NCBI GenBank assembly: GCA_036172245.1
Contig: JAYWIR010000014.1
Coordinates: 3,658,001-3,722,000 of the forward strand
DNA from: Raillietiella orientalis
Lineage: Eukaryota
Direction of reading: 5' to 3'
Length of the DNA stretch: 64,000 bases
In this document: positions 38,766 to 52,586 of the stretch, piece after piece
How positions within the stretch are numbered: the first letter of the stretch is position 1
Layout: the number at the start of each line of letters is the position of its first letter
The notes under the pieces: generated by a model
What the model was told of the DNA's origin: nothing
What the model saw: the letters and a program-made list of their open reading frames with translations, nothing else
Database searches by the model: none
Translations under genes and position numbers: made by a program

Positions 38766-41476
38766 GCGCGTTTCTGCCTGGAAGGACACCGCCTCCCGCG
38801 GCGACCGGGACCTCCAATTTCGACACCCGCGCCTGGAGCGGATAGTGGCAGCGCCTTCCCTAGCCCCGCTGCCATCTCGGAGCGAACGAGCGCGCCGAGA
38901 CTGCCCTCCAACCACCCTCGGGGTGCATTCGCTTCCCAGGCGAGCCGACCGAGGGGACCTGTCGGAGACTTGGCGCAGTCTCATCAGGTGGCGATCTCGG
39001 GAGGCAGTGATGGCTTGAGGGGGAGGAGCAGCGGCCTCAAACGCTCGGCACGCTCGGGGGGTCCACCAGCGAGATCTCTCAGATCCTCTCTGGTTTTCCT
39101 AATCGCAGGGCGCTTTCGAGGTGGCTGGCCGGCCGGTTGTGGGCGGTCACCAGAGAGGAGGGGTGAGATGGCGGCTCCCTTCATCCTATGTGGAAGGGCA
39201 TCGCCGCCGGTTCCTCCCCCCACCCCCACTCCTGCTGTGCCGAAGAACAACCGAACCTTCCCATCCGTCCGGGACCTGCCCTCCTCTTCTCGAGCACTTC
39301 CACGTATTGGACTTCTCCTTCCCTGCCCTTCCGAACAGCTTTCCGGTGTTCCAGCTGTCTCGGAGTCTATCTCCTCCCTGGGTCTGATCGGACCCCTCTG
39401 GAGCCAAACTCCAGGAAGGAGGCTCTAGTCCCTCCCTTCGACGGCGGACCGATTCATCCTCCTTTGCGCCTTTCCTTCCGCCTCTTTGCCAGGGTTCCAT
39501 GCTGGACGGCCTCTGGCGTCGTCGACGCACAATCCCCGCTATCCTTGTCTCGTCAGGGTGCAGCTTCTCCGCCTCCCTCCTTTTCCTTTCGCCTGGATGG
39601 ACGTGAGGGTCGATGCCCATCTTTCCTTCCAGTTCTGGCAGGGTGAAGGTTGGCTCTCGGGAGCAAAGAATCCCCAGCTACCCGAGGCACGGGACTCTGG
39701 AGTCCACCTCGACCTCAGAGGTTTTCCTCTTGTTCTCTCTCATCTCACCATTTTAGGCGACTTCTGCGGGAGAGGAGTGTTCCGAGCATCTTTTCGAAGC
39801 CGGGATGGAGGAAGAAAGCGGACACGGTTACGAAAAGAAAAAAAAAATACATGCTTTGAGGAACCATCCTGCCGCGTGGTGTTGGGGAGAGACGACTTCT
39901 CTTTCGCCATGCTTTCTTCTTCCTCTTCTGGTAGTAGCAACCGGTGGCCGCTGCTGTCTGCGAGTCTGGCGCCGGGAGCTATTCTCTCTCAACCCTGCTT
40001 CCCGCTCCTTTATCCGATATGGGCGTCTTGACGCAGGGTGACCCTGCGCCCGAGTCGACGCGTGGCCGGGAGCTTGGCACCCGCATGAACCGCCTTGCTT
40101 GCACTGTGTACCAGGAGCAGACTGGGCAGCAGACGTGCGTGAGCCTCACCTGGCGGCGAAGCGGCCGCACGAGCGCCCCCGCACGCGCGACCACCTCAGC
40201 TTTCCACGACCGCTCTTCCTTCGCAATTTCGAACCGATGCGGATGTGTCTTTGCATTTCCGATTTCGACCCGTTCTCCCGCATCGGTCCATGTATACATC
40301 CGCGTGCCGGTTGGTTGACTTCCCGCGATCGCCAACAATCAGATTGACATCACTTCGTGAGCGCTCCAGTGCTGCCAGTCCCCCAGGATGCTTGTGTTTA
40401 TTTTGATTTTTTGTTTCTCCTCTGGAGGCTGTGTAACTGTTTTAGAGCCAAGCTGTTCCCTTCTTGTGCTGTTAGACTCGTGTTTACATCTTTCTATAGC
40501 TTGCTTACTCAGTGAGAACCTTCCTACATGAATCTAGGAGCCTCTCTTTCAAAAAGCATCTGTAATTGAAGACTCCTTTGAAACTGCCGGCACGCTCCTC
40601 CTCGCAAAGCGATATCCCATGCAGATGGCTCCATTGCTCTTCGATGTTGCTTCAGTTTTACTCTTACGTGCCGTCAATCCTGCGACACTGCAATGGAGGC
40701 TTCGATTGCAGGTGCTTTGCCGATCTTCTGTCCTGTGTAAGAATAAGAATAAGAAGATTTTGGATGGAATCGCGCGTGCACACCTTCTACAACAGATTCC
40801 CAGGCAATTACTAACCTCTGGAACTCGTGTTTATTCCGCCTGTGATTTCGGCGAGCAAGAATGTTGAAAAAGGGTTTTGGCCCCTTTCTTGTCAGCATTC
40901 TTTGGGTGTCCAAGGATGTTTGTTGTTCGCGATCGAATACGTGTTAATCTTCCATCTTACCATAATAGCATGCACACAAATGCGGTCCTTCCATTTCGCA
41001 CTTTCCAGAGACTTCTATTTTTACCGATGTTGTTACGTTCGGCGTGCGGCAGGGGCCCTCCCCCACACTCGAGAAATTGAGACGGGAGGCAAACAAAAAT
41101 CGGTTGTCATCTCTTCGCAGGCGCTGCAGCCTTGTGTTCGGACTTGGCATTCCCACCTGTTTGTTTTTCCCTCCCTCCAGAAGAGAGGCGGACGTTCCGT
41201 GAGCGCTCGAGAGTATTGGCATCCTCAGAATTACGACCTCACGAAGGAACGTGATTTTCTTTTTTGTCCTTCCAAAGTGTAATCCTGCCTGGGAGGTTTA
41301 TAAAATATCTTCCACAGGATGCTGCTTTCGGACTTTCCGTATGTTATTTTTTTTCACCCGTTTTTAAATTAAAAGCTGATTCGCGTTCAAAAAGAAAAAA
41401 AGAAGCTGTATACTTCCATCTTTGCTTTATTATTAATGTACGGTTTAAAAGTTCAATTATCAAAGTTCCATTATTA

Positions 41477-41505
41477 AATAAAAGTAGTTGGTATGTGTGT
41501 ATTTC
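41477..41505 (+). terminator. Candidate polyadenylation site
   Basis: AATAAA followed by GT-rich GTAGTTGGTATGTGTGTATT at the end of a T-rich, 3'-UTR-like stretch. Confidence 0.4.
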
Positions 41506-43582
41506 CCTTGCACTACCAGCCCCAGCCCAGTTGAAATCATTTGTTTTATTGACGGGGAGAGGGGCGAACACAAGTTCAATTATCGTTTTAGGGGGTCGTG
41601 GTATGGCCGGGCTTGGGACGCCGCTGCATTAAGCGAATGAATGAAGACATTTGACGGTTACTGGTGCACTTAACAGAATGTTCTGCTGCTGAAAGAAACG
41701 TCCATTTACTTTCGTTTCCGCGTATGGATGAACTGCGGCCTGCGCAGTTGAGAAGTTGATAAATCGGGCTTTCGGAGCGATGGATCGCAGCTCTTTGAGT
41801 TGGTCCTACCGGGAAGATAATTTCCTCAGTACAATCCGAAATCCCTCTCGGTTTTTAAAACGCATTCCCCGTCCGTTTCATTAGCGCAGTGATTTGGAAA
41901 TGGCCTCTTTTATTTTTCCTATTCCAGATCCATTCTTTCCTTGTCGCTGAAAATATCCTGTGCTTCCGTTTCATCTTTATTGCATTTAAATCTGGTGCAG
42001 TTCGCGCGGCTGATCACCGAGGGAAGAGGGGGAGGGAGGAGCCGCGCTTTGTTGAAACAGCTCCATCTCCGCTCCCTGATTCCCCCCCCCCCCCCCCCCC
42101 AAAGATGCAGCCCATAATACAAACCCATTGCCCGCCCTTTGCACATAATTCTGCTGGAACTCGGGAGAGAAGTCATCCCCTCCGTGGAAACAGCAGCTGA
42201 TTTGGCGAAAGATGAAAGGAAATGATGCAGCACGAAATTCAGCATCCCAGCCCGTCAAGCAGAGCCAAGTCCAACAGTTTGCGTACCGATCTGCTCGCGC
42301 ACCCCTTTTCGAACAGGCATCTGAGACGTCGCCGCCGTTCGCTCTCACCTTAGACGGCAGGGAACCCCGAGCATCGCTCTCGACGATCCCGGTTCTTCCC
42401 GAGTCTTCCGGATTCGCCTCCAGTGCCCTGCCTCCCCTTTTCCGCTTTGCTGCATCCGCGATCCAGTAAAGGCACTTGCAGAAGATCTCTCGGCAGCCGT
42501 GCCCCGCTCGGTGAGATGGAAATTCACAGAGAGGGAAGCCGCTGCTACTGCATCGATTGCTGTTGTCTACCTTGGTTTTGATCTTGTAGTCTGGAGAGGA
42601 GACGCTTCTCTTCTGCTTCTATGTAAGAAGAAAACTCGAAGAGGCGTTCCTCATTTATTTTTGTTTCACTGGAACGAGATAGCGGAACAGGAGGTACCCC
42701 TGTTTTTCCTTATAGGAAGAAAGAAAAAAAAAAAACTATTGATGAGGATGCTGTCTCTTGTGCTGCGACTAAAACTTTCCCACAGAGATTCAGACCTGAG
42801 ATCCCGAATGCTGCAGTCTCGAGAGCAGCCTAATGATGCGCGGGGAAGCAAACGCAATCTCCTTGGAATGTCGCAACTCCTTTGTCCACCACGCCACCAT
42901 ATCAGTCGGGCATATCAGTCTGCGCGGTCTCCAGGCAACCCGATGGAGCACACCTCGCAACCGTCGGGTTCGATATCGGTAGGAGGACGTGGTCTAACTG
43001 AGACACAATCACGGATGAGGGCGAGTGGTCGCCGGGGTTGTCCGTCCTTCCGTCGGCTTCCAATGAAATGGCGTCGGAGGTGGTGATGCAACTGGGGCAC
43101 TGTAGCGCTTTCGAAGACCTCGCCAAGCCACGAGATGCCTCAAGCCTGTCTCGGAGGTGGAGTACAGCCTCCTCGGAACGCGAGTGTCCAGTCGGGCAAC
43201 CATCACAGACAGCAGTCGTTGGTTTTCAGGGACTTTCTTTGCTGAACTGCTGGTTCTCCCTTCTCCGACCCTCTGAACCTTTGCGTCTCTTCTCTTCTGT
43301 CTGACGAGTTTCAGTGACCTTTTGGTCTTCCTCTTCGACGCGCAGAGACCTTCTTCTCTCTCCTCTTGGAGACCAAACAGAAGCGACCTGAGTCATCATC
43401 GTTCACAATGCCAAACGCAAACAGTTCGAGCCTGCTAGGTGCCAAGCATCTAGAGCTGGGTACGGCATAGCCAACTGATCTCTTCTGGAAGATTGAAGCA
43501 CCTTTCTCTCCAGCCTCCCTTTCGATCAACTCTGATTTGTTAGTGCTGTCGGAAGCAGATCGCTCCTCTCTGATCCTCCATG

Positions 43583-43970
43583 CTTCTTGCACGCTGGAGA
43601 GGTGTCATCATCAATCCACCAGCTCCATGGTACGGGATGGAGGGTTCTTCACGAAGATGGGGGAAGCAGAACGAGGGGGAGTAGCTCCTGTGCACAACCG
43701 GAGGAGATCCCCGAAGAAAACTGGACTGCTTCATTTTGTTTCCTGGAAGCAAACCGAGGGATGACTCCCATTGTCCCAGCCACTCATCGGGGGCATCCGG
43801 TTTGAACCACTACCGGTGCCATACCCGCATAGGGACCATCCAGCCTCATCTTGCAGAAGGAACTCGAACCTACGACTTACCCCCCCGTTTTTTTGGTGTC
43901 GATTCTTTCCGAGTATTCGAACCCGCGACGCCTGGTGCCACGCGCGGAGACCGTGACCACGCGACCTCCG
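43583..43970 (-). mobile_element. tRNA-headed SINE, 5' half
   Basis: The reverse complement is colinear with 48385-48780. Two B-box-like motifs: GGTTCGAATAC and GGTTCGAGTTCC. Confidence 0.85.
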
Positions 43971-43999
43971 ATGCTGCCTTCATGGTTCGCGCAAAGCCT

Positions 44000-45600
44000 C
44001 GAAACCCCCTCCTGACTTGACCTGGCTGCCTGCCAAAAGAAGCTCTGCAAGGTCTTCCGCCCCTCTTTGCACGGGGATCCTTGGAAAAGTCCCCTTCTTA
44101 CCAGACCATTATTCTGAGCTCCCACAGCATGCGGAGCTCTGATCCCAGGTCAACCAAGGTTCCCCCGTTTGGCGCCCTCGGCTCTCTTCCAGCTTGAGGA
44201 AGTGCTCCTGCCTTGCCCTCTGCTCCCTAGGCGCCGGTCTCCCTGGCACACCGGCGCTCGGTGGAACGCGCGAACCCTCCATCGCATCCTCAAAGTCCGA
44301 TACTCTTGCTCCCCGACCCAGGCACGGCATCGGTTCGTTCCCTTTTCCGATTCCTTCCTGGAGCCCCCCCCCCCGCGGACCGCCTCTTGCTCCTGCTCTC
44401 GACTTCCTGAACGATTCGCGGCGGGCAGGGAGACCGCTCTTGCTGTCACCCGAGCCGTAGGGCATTCTCGGCGACAGTACCACCCTTCATCCCGGACGTG
44501 CCGTGCCTATCCATTTACATAAATAGGTTAAAAAAGGAAAGAATTTTTTTTTTTTGTTTCGAACGAAAAAGAGGGGCAGAAACTTTTCATGTGCAGAGAA
44601 AGGGCCGGGTTCCCAAGGAGGGACCAACCTGAAGGATAAAGAGGGAACAAATAAACAAAGAAAATAAAGAAAGGAGTGCAGCGGCCTATTGACTGAGGAC
44701 GACTTACGAGGGTCTGCGTCGCGCCGCCCGATTGAGCCAGACAGTTTGTTTACAAGGGAATAAAAGGACGTGCAGAGTAGGAACTGCATCCTTGCTGGAA
44801 TCCTACGGGAGGAGGAGGAAGGTATTGTCCCAGATACCTTTGGGTCCGGGAAGAGAGAGATCCGGAGTTAGGAAGTGGAAAGAGGCAACAATGGAACAGG
44901 AATCAATAAATGATGAAAGTGGGTCGAGGAAAGGTCACCGGGACGAAGTTCTTTTCGAACACCTGCCTTGCAGAGTACCGGAAGCGACTCTCCCCTCTGC
45001 CGGCCAGAGTCGGGCCAGACCACCTTCTCTCTCTCTGCAGCAAGGAGAGATGGCTAGAAGGAAGAGGAGGAGGAGGATGGCTCTCACTCGCCGCTGCCAC
45101 TGGCGTGGTTCCGTCGCAAGATGAGCTGCTGCGGTGCCACCACGAATGCAGCAGAAAGGCGTGGCTTCCTTTCACATGCACCTGCCGCGGAAAATCTTGA
45201 ACGAAGACGCACAGGAAGGGGTTCTCGGGGGTCTTCTGGATATCCAGGCACACCTTCATGCCGAAAGAAGGGCACCACTTCAGTCAGGGTCCGAGTCCGA
45301 CGCGGGGCAGGTGCCCTCGTCGGGCTCGGATCTCGAGTCATGCAGAAGACAGCTGGCAAGTTTCGAGGAAGTCTCCCTCCATTCCTCCTCCTCCGACATG
45401 TGAAGATGGCGTCTGTTGGTCCAGGAGACCTCTGTGCAGGAGGATCACCGCCGCCCTGTTGCATGCAGTGGGAAAGCACGGAGCCACCTAAACGTGAGAT
45501 GGGGAAGGGTTGATCCAGGTGCAGTATGCCCTCCCGGAACCCGAGGTCTCAGAGCAACCGCGCAGGTCAGCAGGGTCACTGTTCGTATACCGATCCGGGA
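44000..45600 (-). mobile_element. Fragmented Tx1-like RT pieces with an intervening U-rich 3'-UTR-like tract
   Basis: AVILLHRG, VCLDIQK and LLFLLAISP, then a second piece with SAGVPGR and LTWDQ. Confidence 0.5.
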
Positions 45601-45637
45601 CCCCTGAGAAGATTTAGGGGGGAATTCCTTCCCTGAT

Positions 45638-48380
45638 GGTTGACACCTGGTGACGCCGGGGCGTTTATTTTAAAATAAACATTCATCTCTGTGGCAGGAC
45701 GTTTGATCCTGCCACGTTACTTATAATACGAGGAAGAACCTGCCGGAAACTGGCACGCTAGCCATCGGAGTTCTCCTTGGCAGCATAGGGGAAGGGGAGA
45801 CAAATGAAAAGAAAAGCATAAAACATACAGTCAAAAAATGGGGGGGTTCGGGAAGGTTTTACTGTGTGCTGGAGGATGTCCTCTGCATCCTTGTAAGGAT
45901 GCCTGCAAAGTTCCTGTTTTATGGTTCCTAGATAGGCCATCTTGACGCTGTCCTAATGGAGAGGACAGCAAAATAGATGGCGTCCCTGTCGTTCTGGCCT
46001 CCTCTGGCGTTGCTCCATGCAGTCACGATCCCGTGTAGGCAGCAACGTGCTGCTGGGGGTGTGACCGGCATGACAGCATTGCGCAGGAAGAGGCGCTTTA
46101 AAACGTCTCTGGCGCTGCTGGCGGCGGTTCCCAGGGTCGCAGAAAAGCGTCCCCAAAGAAGCTTGAGGGCAACACAGTCCACTAGGAGGTGCGGGAGGGA
46201 TTCCCGCTCCCACACCTGGCACAGTTCGGGTCCACCCCTCCCCTCCGTGTCAATGATGCCGGCCGGCGTTGCAAAAGAGGCCCCAGTGCAGAAGCATCGA
46301 CGCCGACACTTCCACTTTAAGGGGAGGGTGCGGGTGTTCATGAGCTCCTGTAGGGTGCCACTACAGGTCTTCCTCGGGAATACCCAGTAGCACGCCCCAG
46401 CGCAAAAGTCCACGGGGTCGCAGCGATGATGAGCTGGTCCGTCGCCCACTCGCCCAGTCCTTTCCTCCTTCTGGACATTTCCACAGTGACTACCCATCTA
46501 GTCGTAAGGCTGCTGTCCATGTGCTCCCTAAGGGAGGGTAGCGCGACGGTGAGGGAGGTTCTACTTGTCCATGCACCTTCATGGGATCTTTCAGGATCTC
46601 CCGGAGAGTACAGTTGTTGTTGCGCGCGTACAGGAAACGTCGCACCGCGATTGGCTCCCGTATCCTCACCCATATGAGAACAGTTTCCTGCGGCCAGGCA
46701 CTACCGTTCGCGGGGCAGCACAAGATCCATCCATTTTTTCTGGCCAGAAATCCTGCTCAGTACGAGAGGAATTGCAGGTTCGGACACTTGGTACACGTTC
46801 TTGGTCAAACGGCCAGCGGAGCGAAGCTACCATTCGCCGGATTATGCCTGAACGCCGGAGGTGGCCACCTGCCGAAGATGCAGTCCGCAGTGGACGAGAC
46901 TGCGTGGAGAGCGCGCAAGGAGGGATGCGAGTCCCACGCTGCCGGTGGCTTGCTGGACGAGAAGACGTGCACTCGCAAAGCAGGTTGGCACCAGGTGGTG
47001 CTCCATAGGTTTGCCACGACAGCAGGTATTGACTCTGCATCTTCATTTGCTCCAGCGTCAGGAGGTCTAGGCCGCCGTCCCGGCGCGGAGCACACAAGTC
47101 CTTTAAACGGACTCGGGGTCTCCCTTTGTCCCAGAGGGAGATCCGAAGGAGATGCTTTGTCCACTTTCTAATGTTGCGTGGCGGGGGCAAACAAAAAGCA
47201 TGAGGCGGAGGACGGAGGCCACGAAGGTGTTTTACACCGCAGCCCGTTCTTTCAGGTAAAACCTGCCTATTTGGAATGGGCCGAGCGCCTGCAGTGCTCT
47301 CTGAAGATTGCCAGACCAGGCTTCTGCGGAGCAGAAGTCCCCCAATGGAACACCCAGATACTTCAAGCACCGGTCTGTGGGAAGCCTCAGGCGGATCCAG
47401 TCCGGTATGGCACGGAGGTGTCCCACCCTGCTGGTAGGGCATCTTCTGTGCCTCTCCCAGAGGGCACTTAGAGCTGCTGCCAAGGGCGCGGCGCTCGCGC
47501 AGTTCCTCCTTCAAGAGAAGCCCTCTCGAGATGACACTCAAAGCGCTTCCGGAAGGCGGCCTCCCCGGGTTCGGCGGCGGCCCTTGGGAAGAAATGTTAA
47601 CAGAACTCTGGACTCCGTCACAGCGCTCCACAGTCAACAACAACCGGAGAAGAATAAGGAGGGCTCAGATATCTGCGGAAACTAAGACAGGAGGGGGAAG
47701 GGGGTGTAGATGGAGGAAACACTGATTCCAAACGACGCCGAAGAGTGGATAGTGGTGGGAGAGAGGGGTTCGAAGCTCTTTTGGTCCTCCTATCGCTGAA
47801 CGTTGAAGTTAGAATGTCGTCGGGGAAACCTGATGCTTCCTGGAAATGAAACCCTAACGGCAGTCTTGCCCCTCCCGGAAGCTCATGTGGCTCTTATAGA
47901 AGGCTAATCATGATGCTCACCTGCGCTGCTCGCCTCTCCTGAGGTGCCGTGGCAGCCACCTCAGAGTGTCACCCCTGAAAAAGTGGCGACTTGAGGGAGA
48001 CCCAGGGGAACTACGGCAAGTGTTCAGTTAGAATGTTTCTGGATTCCAAAGAGGTTCCTGAAAAATCTCGAGAGCAGCCCCTTGGGTAGAACTCGTGGGC
48101 AGAGACATCTTGTCCGAAGGTAGGAGCGGGCAACGAGCTCTGTGACCTCAGCAAACCGACTCGATCCCTTATTCCCGACCGATATCCGGCCCGGGCAGCA
48201 AAGCAACAGCAGGGAAAAGATGGGCCTGTGTCCCCTCGGATCACACTGCGCACGGTTTCTGGGAGGAAAGAAGGTTGCCAGGACAACGGGGAATTTGAGA
48301 ATGTGCGCTCTTCCATCCCCTCCAGGAGACTCGCTTTCCCCCTCTTCCCCGAGGAGTGCCCGAGGAGAAGAGCTCTGCCC
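45638..48380 (-). mobile_element. Best-preserved Tx1/L1-like ORF2 relic: RT, thumb, zinc knuckle and 3' UTR
   Basis: HEFYP, EDQKSFE, LKYLGVPLG, LW...LCAPRRDGGLDL, ESLPHLLVDC and IRTASRW occur in order, with stops and frameshifts. AATAAA on the minus strand at 45664-45669. Confidence 0.85.
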
Positions 48381-48384
48381 CCGT

Positions 48385-49055
48385 CGGAGGTGGCTGCAGT
48401 CTCCGCGCGTGACACCTTCCCGCTTGATGCCATGCGGGTTCGAATCTCCAAGGGGTGAATAGACTCCACGGAAATGGGAGTGCAGCGTGGATTCGAGTTC
48501 CTCCCGCAAGATGGCGCTGGTTGACCTGTCTTCGAGTGCGGCACTGGTAGCGGTTAAATTTGAATGCTCCCGATGAGTAGCCGGGACAATGGGAATCCAC
48601 CCTCTGAGGTCATTCCAGGAAACTGGATCAAGGAGTCCGGATCCCTTCGGAGTTCCCCTCCGGTCGTGCAAAGGAGCCGTCCCTCCCCTCCGTGGGGGAA
48701 CCCTCCATCTCGTATCATGGATCATCCTGCTTCTTCCACTTTGGGGAGGTGTCATCAATCCCTCTCCAGAGTGCAAGAAGAGTGCTGCTCCCGTCGGGGA
48801 GCGACTGGAGCGAGCCTTCATAGAAAATTCGGAAACTTCCCTTCGTGGTTCACTTCAGAGGAGGAAACCAGGAGCGGTTCCCTTGCGGGTGCCCTCTGGA
48901 TAAGAAACAAAGGATCGGCGCCCTCCAGGAGACTCCTCTGGAGGGAATAAGGAAGAGGTTCCCTCGGGGATTCTCTCCCTCCCAGGCGTGAGAGAAACGA
49001 ACTCCCTTCTACGGACCCCTCCTGGATTTATGGAATGGCCCCCTCCCGGGGCACC
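48385..49055 (+). mobile_element. tRNA-headed SINE, apparently full length (~670 bp)
   Basis: B box GGTTCGAATCT at 48437-48447 and a second box at 48489-48501, then a 3' hairpin array. Homologous to three other loci in the window. Confidence 0.85.
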
Positions 49056-49059
49056 CCCT

Positions 49060-50780
49060 ATCTTGAAGAGTTAACACGCAGGGGCGTAACCCGAGGGTGG
49101 AGTGAGAAGAGCTGAGTGGGCTCCCAAGCACGTGACGGTTCTTGAGGTGCTTTGCTAACCAAAAAGCCGGTGCTCGGGAAACACCAACCGAACATGAAGT
49201 TTAGAGGGTTCGTACGATCCTTGGGAACGGAAAGGAGGAAGGGGAGAATGAAATTTCTGAACGCTTTCAACCCGCCCTCCGTCGGCTTAGGACCATCTTT
49301 GGGTCGCGAAGAATTTCGGAGCGAAACCTCTTTAGCGGATGGCCCGCCGTGGTCTCCGTGGGCTGCCTCGCGGGCTCACGCACTCGCCCGTCCACCTCAC
49401 AAGGAACACCCAGCCGATAGCACCGCAGCGATAGCTAGGGGGGATCCGAAAGGCCACTGCTAGTGCCGCCGCAAAGTCGGCAACCTGGAACCGAGATCAC
49501 CGCCCGCCCGAAGAGCACGAAGTCTCTGACGGAATCACGAGGTCGTGGGGAACCGGGCGTGCGAAGGAGCTTTCCGCGGATGGGGGAAGAATCCCTCCGG
49601 GTTTCGCACCTGGAGAGGCCTCCAGCTCACAATCTTCTCCGCAGAACCGTCGCGTCCCAGAGGAGTCGGAGCAGTCGGGTCCATCACGGCGTTCTACAAA
49701 CGAGCTCTGAGCGCGCCGGACGACCCACCTCGTCACCACGGAGTCATGTGCAGATGCAAAGTCCGCAGCTTCCTGATTCCTCCCCCTTCTCCGGGTAAAG
49801 CACGCAGAGCTCGAGAAACTCCTAGACACATCTCCCTGCTCGCAGATCGAAGCAGCACCATCACCGCCATCCCCGCAACGTCAGCAGCAGCAGCAGGAGA
49901 TTCTTTTCCAGAGGGAATTTTCCTGTGGCAGTGGAAGGAGGTCCATCCTTGCCGCATGAGCGAACTGCTCGCCCTAGAAGGAATCCCAGGGTTGACCGGA
50001 TCCCGAAGAGGACTCGAAGGAGATGAGGACGGCGGCGACAGCGGCACTTCGAAGGCCGCATCCTTTGTGTGGTGGCTAAGCATGAATGGCTGGGAAAAGG
50101 GGGCAAGGAGAGGAAAGGAGGGCACAGGGTCGGCCAACGGAGATCCACTCGCCCCTCCAGGAACTTCTTGGTTAGAGAGATGGGGTTGAGTGGGAACGGG
50201 AGAGGCCATCGAGCTCTGCGAGGTCCTCAGACGCCGACGCTGTCTACGCCCACCTGCTGTCTTCTCCCAGACGTCCACGCTCCTCGTTAATAACATCCCC
50301 CCCAGTGCTTCTCCTTTGGGAGTGTTCCGGATGATGCTTCAGATATCCATATGGACCGAACCACCTCCTGGGGATGACCCTTTGGCGCTCACAGGTTTTC
50401 CTTTCGCTGCTGATGCCCCACCTAAGGGGCCAGCGTTAGTCGCGGACTGCCCGCCTCCGGACACCGCTGCGCCATCAGGCAAAGCGGCGGGAACTCTGAA
50501 CATGACCCCAGAGGGCTTACCTCGACCAAGCCTCGGAGCTGAATGGACCTGACTGCGAGCTCCCTGAGGAGCGCTGCTTCCCTCGCGGTACAGGGATGTT
50601 TCGAGATGACATGAGGGCATGATCTCCGAAGCGTCCCCTCGCGGGTGCTCATCCATCAGAGGACAGCAGAGTCCTCCAAGGAGAGAGCGCCCTATCCATC
50701 TGTGGTCCATGAACTGCTGGTGCTGATGCCGCAGCGCATCCCACGGGCATTCTGGGAACGATGCGAACCTGACCCGATGC
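49060..50780 (-). mobile_element. Probable endonuclease/ORF1 portion of the same Tx1-like element
   Basis: NPLNFMF and FPEH resemble SRLDxIF and SDH at the expected position upstream of the RT. Confidence 0.35.
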
Positions 50781-50799
50781 CTATTCCGGTCGCTCGCGT

Positions 50800-51458
50800 T
50801 TGCACTTCTGACTCTGACGGCATTGTGCCTCTTTGGCAATTTTGCCCGGCCGCAGTGGGAGTAAGGATAGCACATCCTCCCACGCTCTTCGTGCTGGAGC
50901 ATGCCGACGGCTGTGCTTGTGTTGTCCTCCGGCCCCTGTGATCGCGTTACGCAACGACCCTTGGTGCACCGACGGACAATCCCAGGGACGTAACGAAGCG
51001 CCTCTTCGTGCGCGATGCCCTTTCCCTGCCTCATATCCGACAGCTCTTTACTGCCTACATGGGATCGTGGTGGTCTGGAGCTACGCGAGAGGAGGACGGC
51101 GCGACAGGAAAGCCATCTGCTTCGCCCTGCGCTTCCTGCGGACGGCAGCCAGATGGCTCCACCTGGGGCATACTCGAAACTTGCCGGCATCCTGGAAAGG
51201 ATGCAAAGGACGCCCTTCAGTTTCCAATGATCCTTTCCTTAACCCTCCCAATTTTTTTGTATATATTTTTTGTTTTATTTTTATTTCTGTTTGCCCCCCC
51301 CCCTCCCCCCTTTCCGCTGCTGTGGCGAACCTCGTCGGCCTGCGTACCGGTTACTCGACAGGTTCCGAACTCATTCGGACGTCGTAGGGCCGATGACCCT
51401 ACACGTGTATGTTTCTCATTTTTTATAATAAACGCCCCGACGTGACCGGGCGACAAAA
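50800..51458 (+). mobile_element. Tx1-like family 3' fragment
   Basis: YCLHGIVVVWSYARGGRRDRKAICFALRFLRTAARWLHLG, U-rich UTR and the AATAAAC terminal motif. Confidence 0.85.
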
Positions 51459-52586
51459 CGACGGCCATGGGGATAGCCATGACCTCTCCTCGTCCAGTGA
51501 AGCGCGAGGTCTTTTCGTGACGGGGATAAAGAGTCGAAGAACCCCCCGGGCAAGGTGCCACTTGCGGCGGTGGACGTTTGCCGACGGACCTCGGTTCCCC
51601 ACGTGGAACCTCCTGGAAGACCCGAAGAGAGAGAGACCGCTCTATCATTGCGTTCGCCTCTCCGCTCGGCATCAGTAGCCTGTGGGGATGGCTGTCCCTG
51701 GTGAGCACGAAACACCGGCCTCCTCTCTCCGGGAGGGCTTCCCCGTCTGGCATCTGCCAGGGGGCACGAAGAAGCAGGTCCGAGGAGGGATGGAGAGGGG
51801 ATTCGGATCCGGGAGCCAGCCTAGCGCAGAGGACGCCTACTGGCAGTCTCGGCCGCAGGGCTGCTCCGCAGGGCGCCGCTCCACGTAGGCAGCTCCAGCT
51901 GGGGTCCTTCCTCTTGCGGCATCCTCTCGGAACGCTCCGAAATCTCAGAAGGCGCCGCGGGTTGCCATTCGCAAAGGTCCGTGCCTCGCCGCAGGTCGAT
52001 CGATCGCTCTCTCTCTGTCTCCTCACTGCGCCGCGAAACTCCGTGCCGACGGTGCAGACGAAACGGCTCGGGAAACTGTACATCCGAAACCCGCAGGGAA
52101 AGCCCTGCGTCTGGCAGGACGGTTGCACGCAGAAACCCTCGTCGGGAGCCGCACCTGTCGCTTCGCCGTGAACAAGGCGAGTCGGGGAATTTTGGGGGCG
52201 AGGCTTCCGTGCGAGTGGACTGGCATGGAATCCACTTCTTCAGTTTCTTCGAACCCCGAACTTGCGGTTTGTTCTCCAACGTTCGACCCGACTGATGGGA
52301 TCCCAGTGTGTATCGACGGGAAAGGAATGCACCCAAACCTCGCTGGGGTCACGCGTAGGGAGGCAGCGGAGAAAGAGGAAGGACAACCAGTTCGCAAACA
52401 AGGACGTGAATGGGAGATAGGATGAGATGGTACGGCGGTGGTGACCGCGACACACGAGGGACTGCGTCGCTAAGGGAGCGGCGGGGATGACGCTGCCCTC
52501 GGTGTCCAGCTCCTCTGAGCACGATCTCCGAGGCCCTCGCTTGCTTTCCGCATCCCCATTCGGGCCGTTCCGCAGCAACTCGCCCT

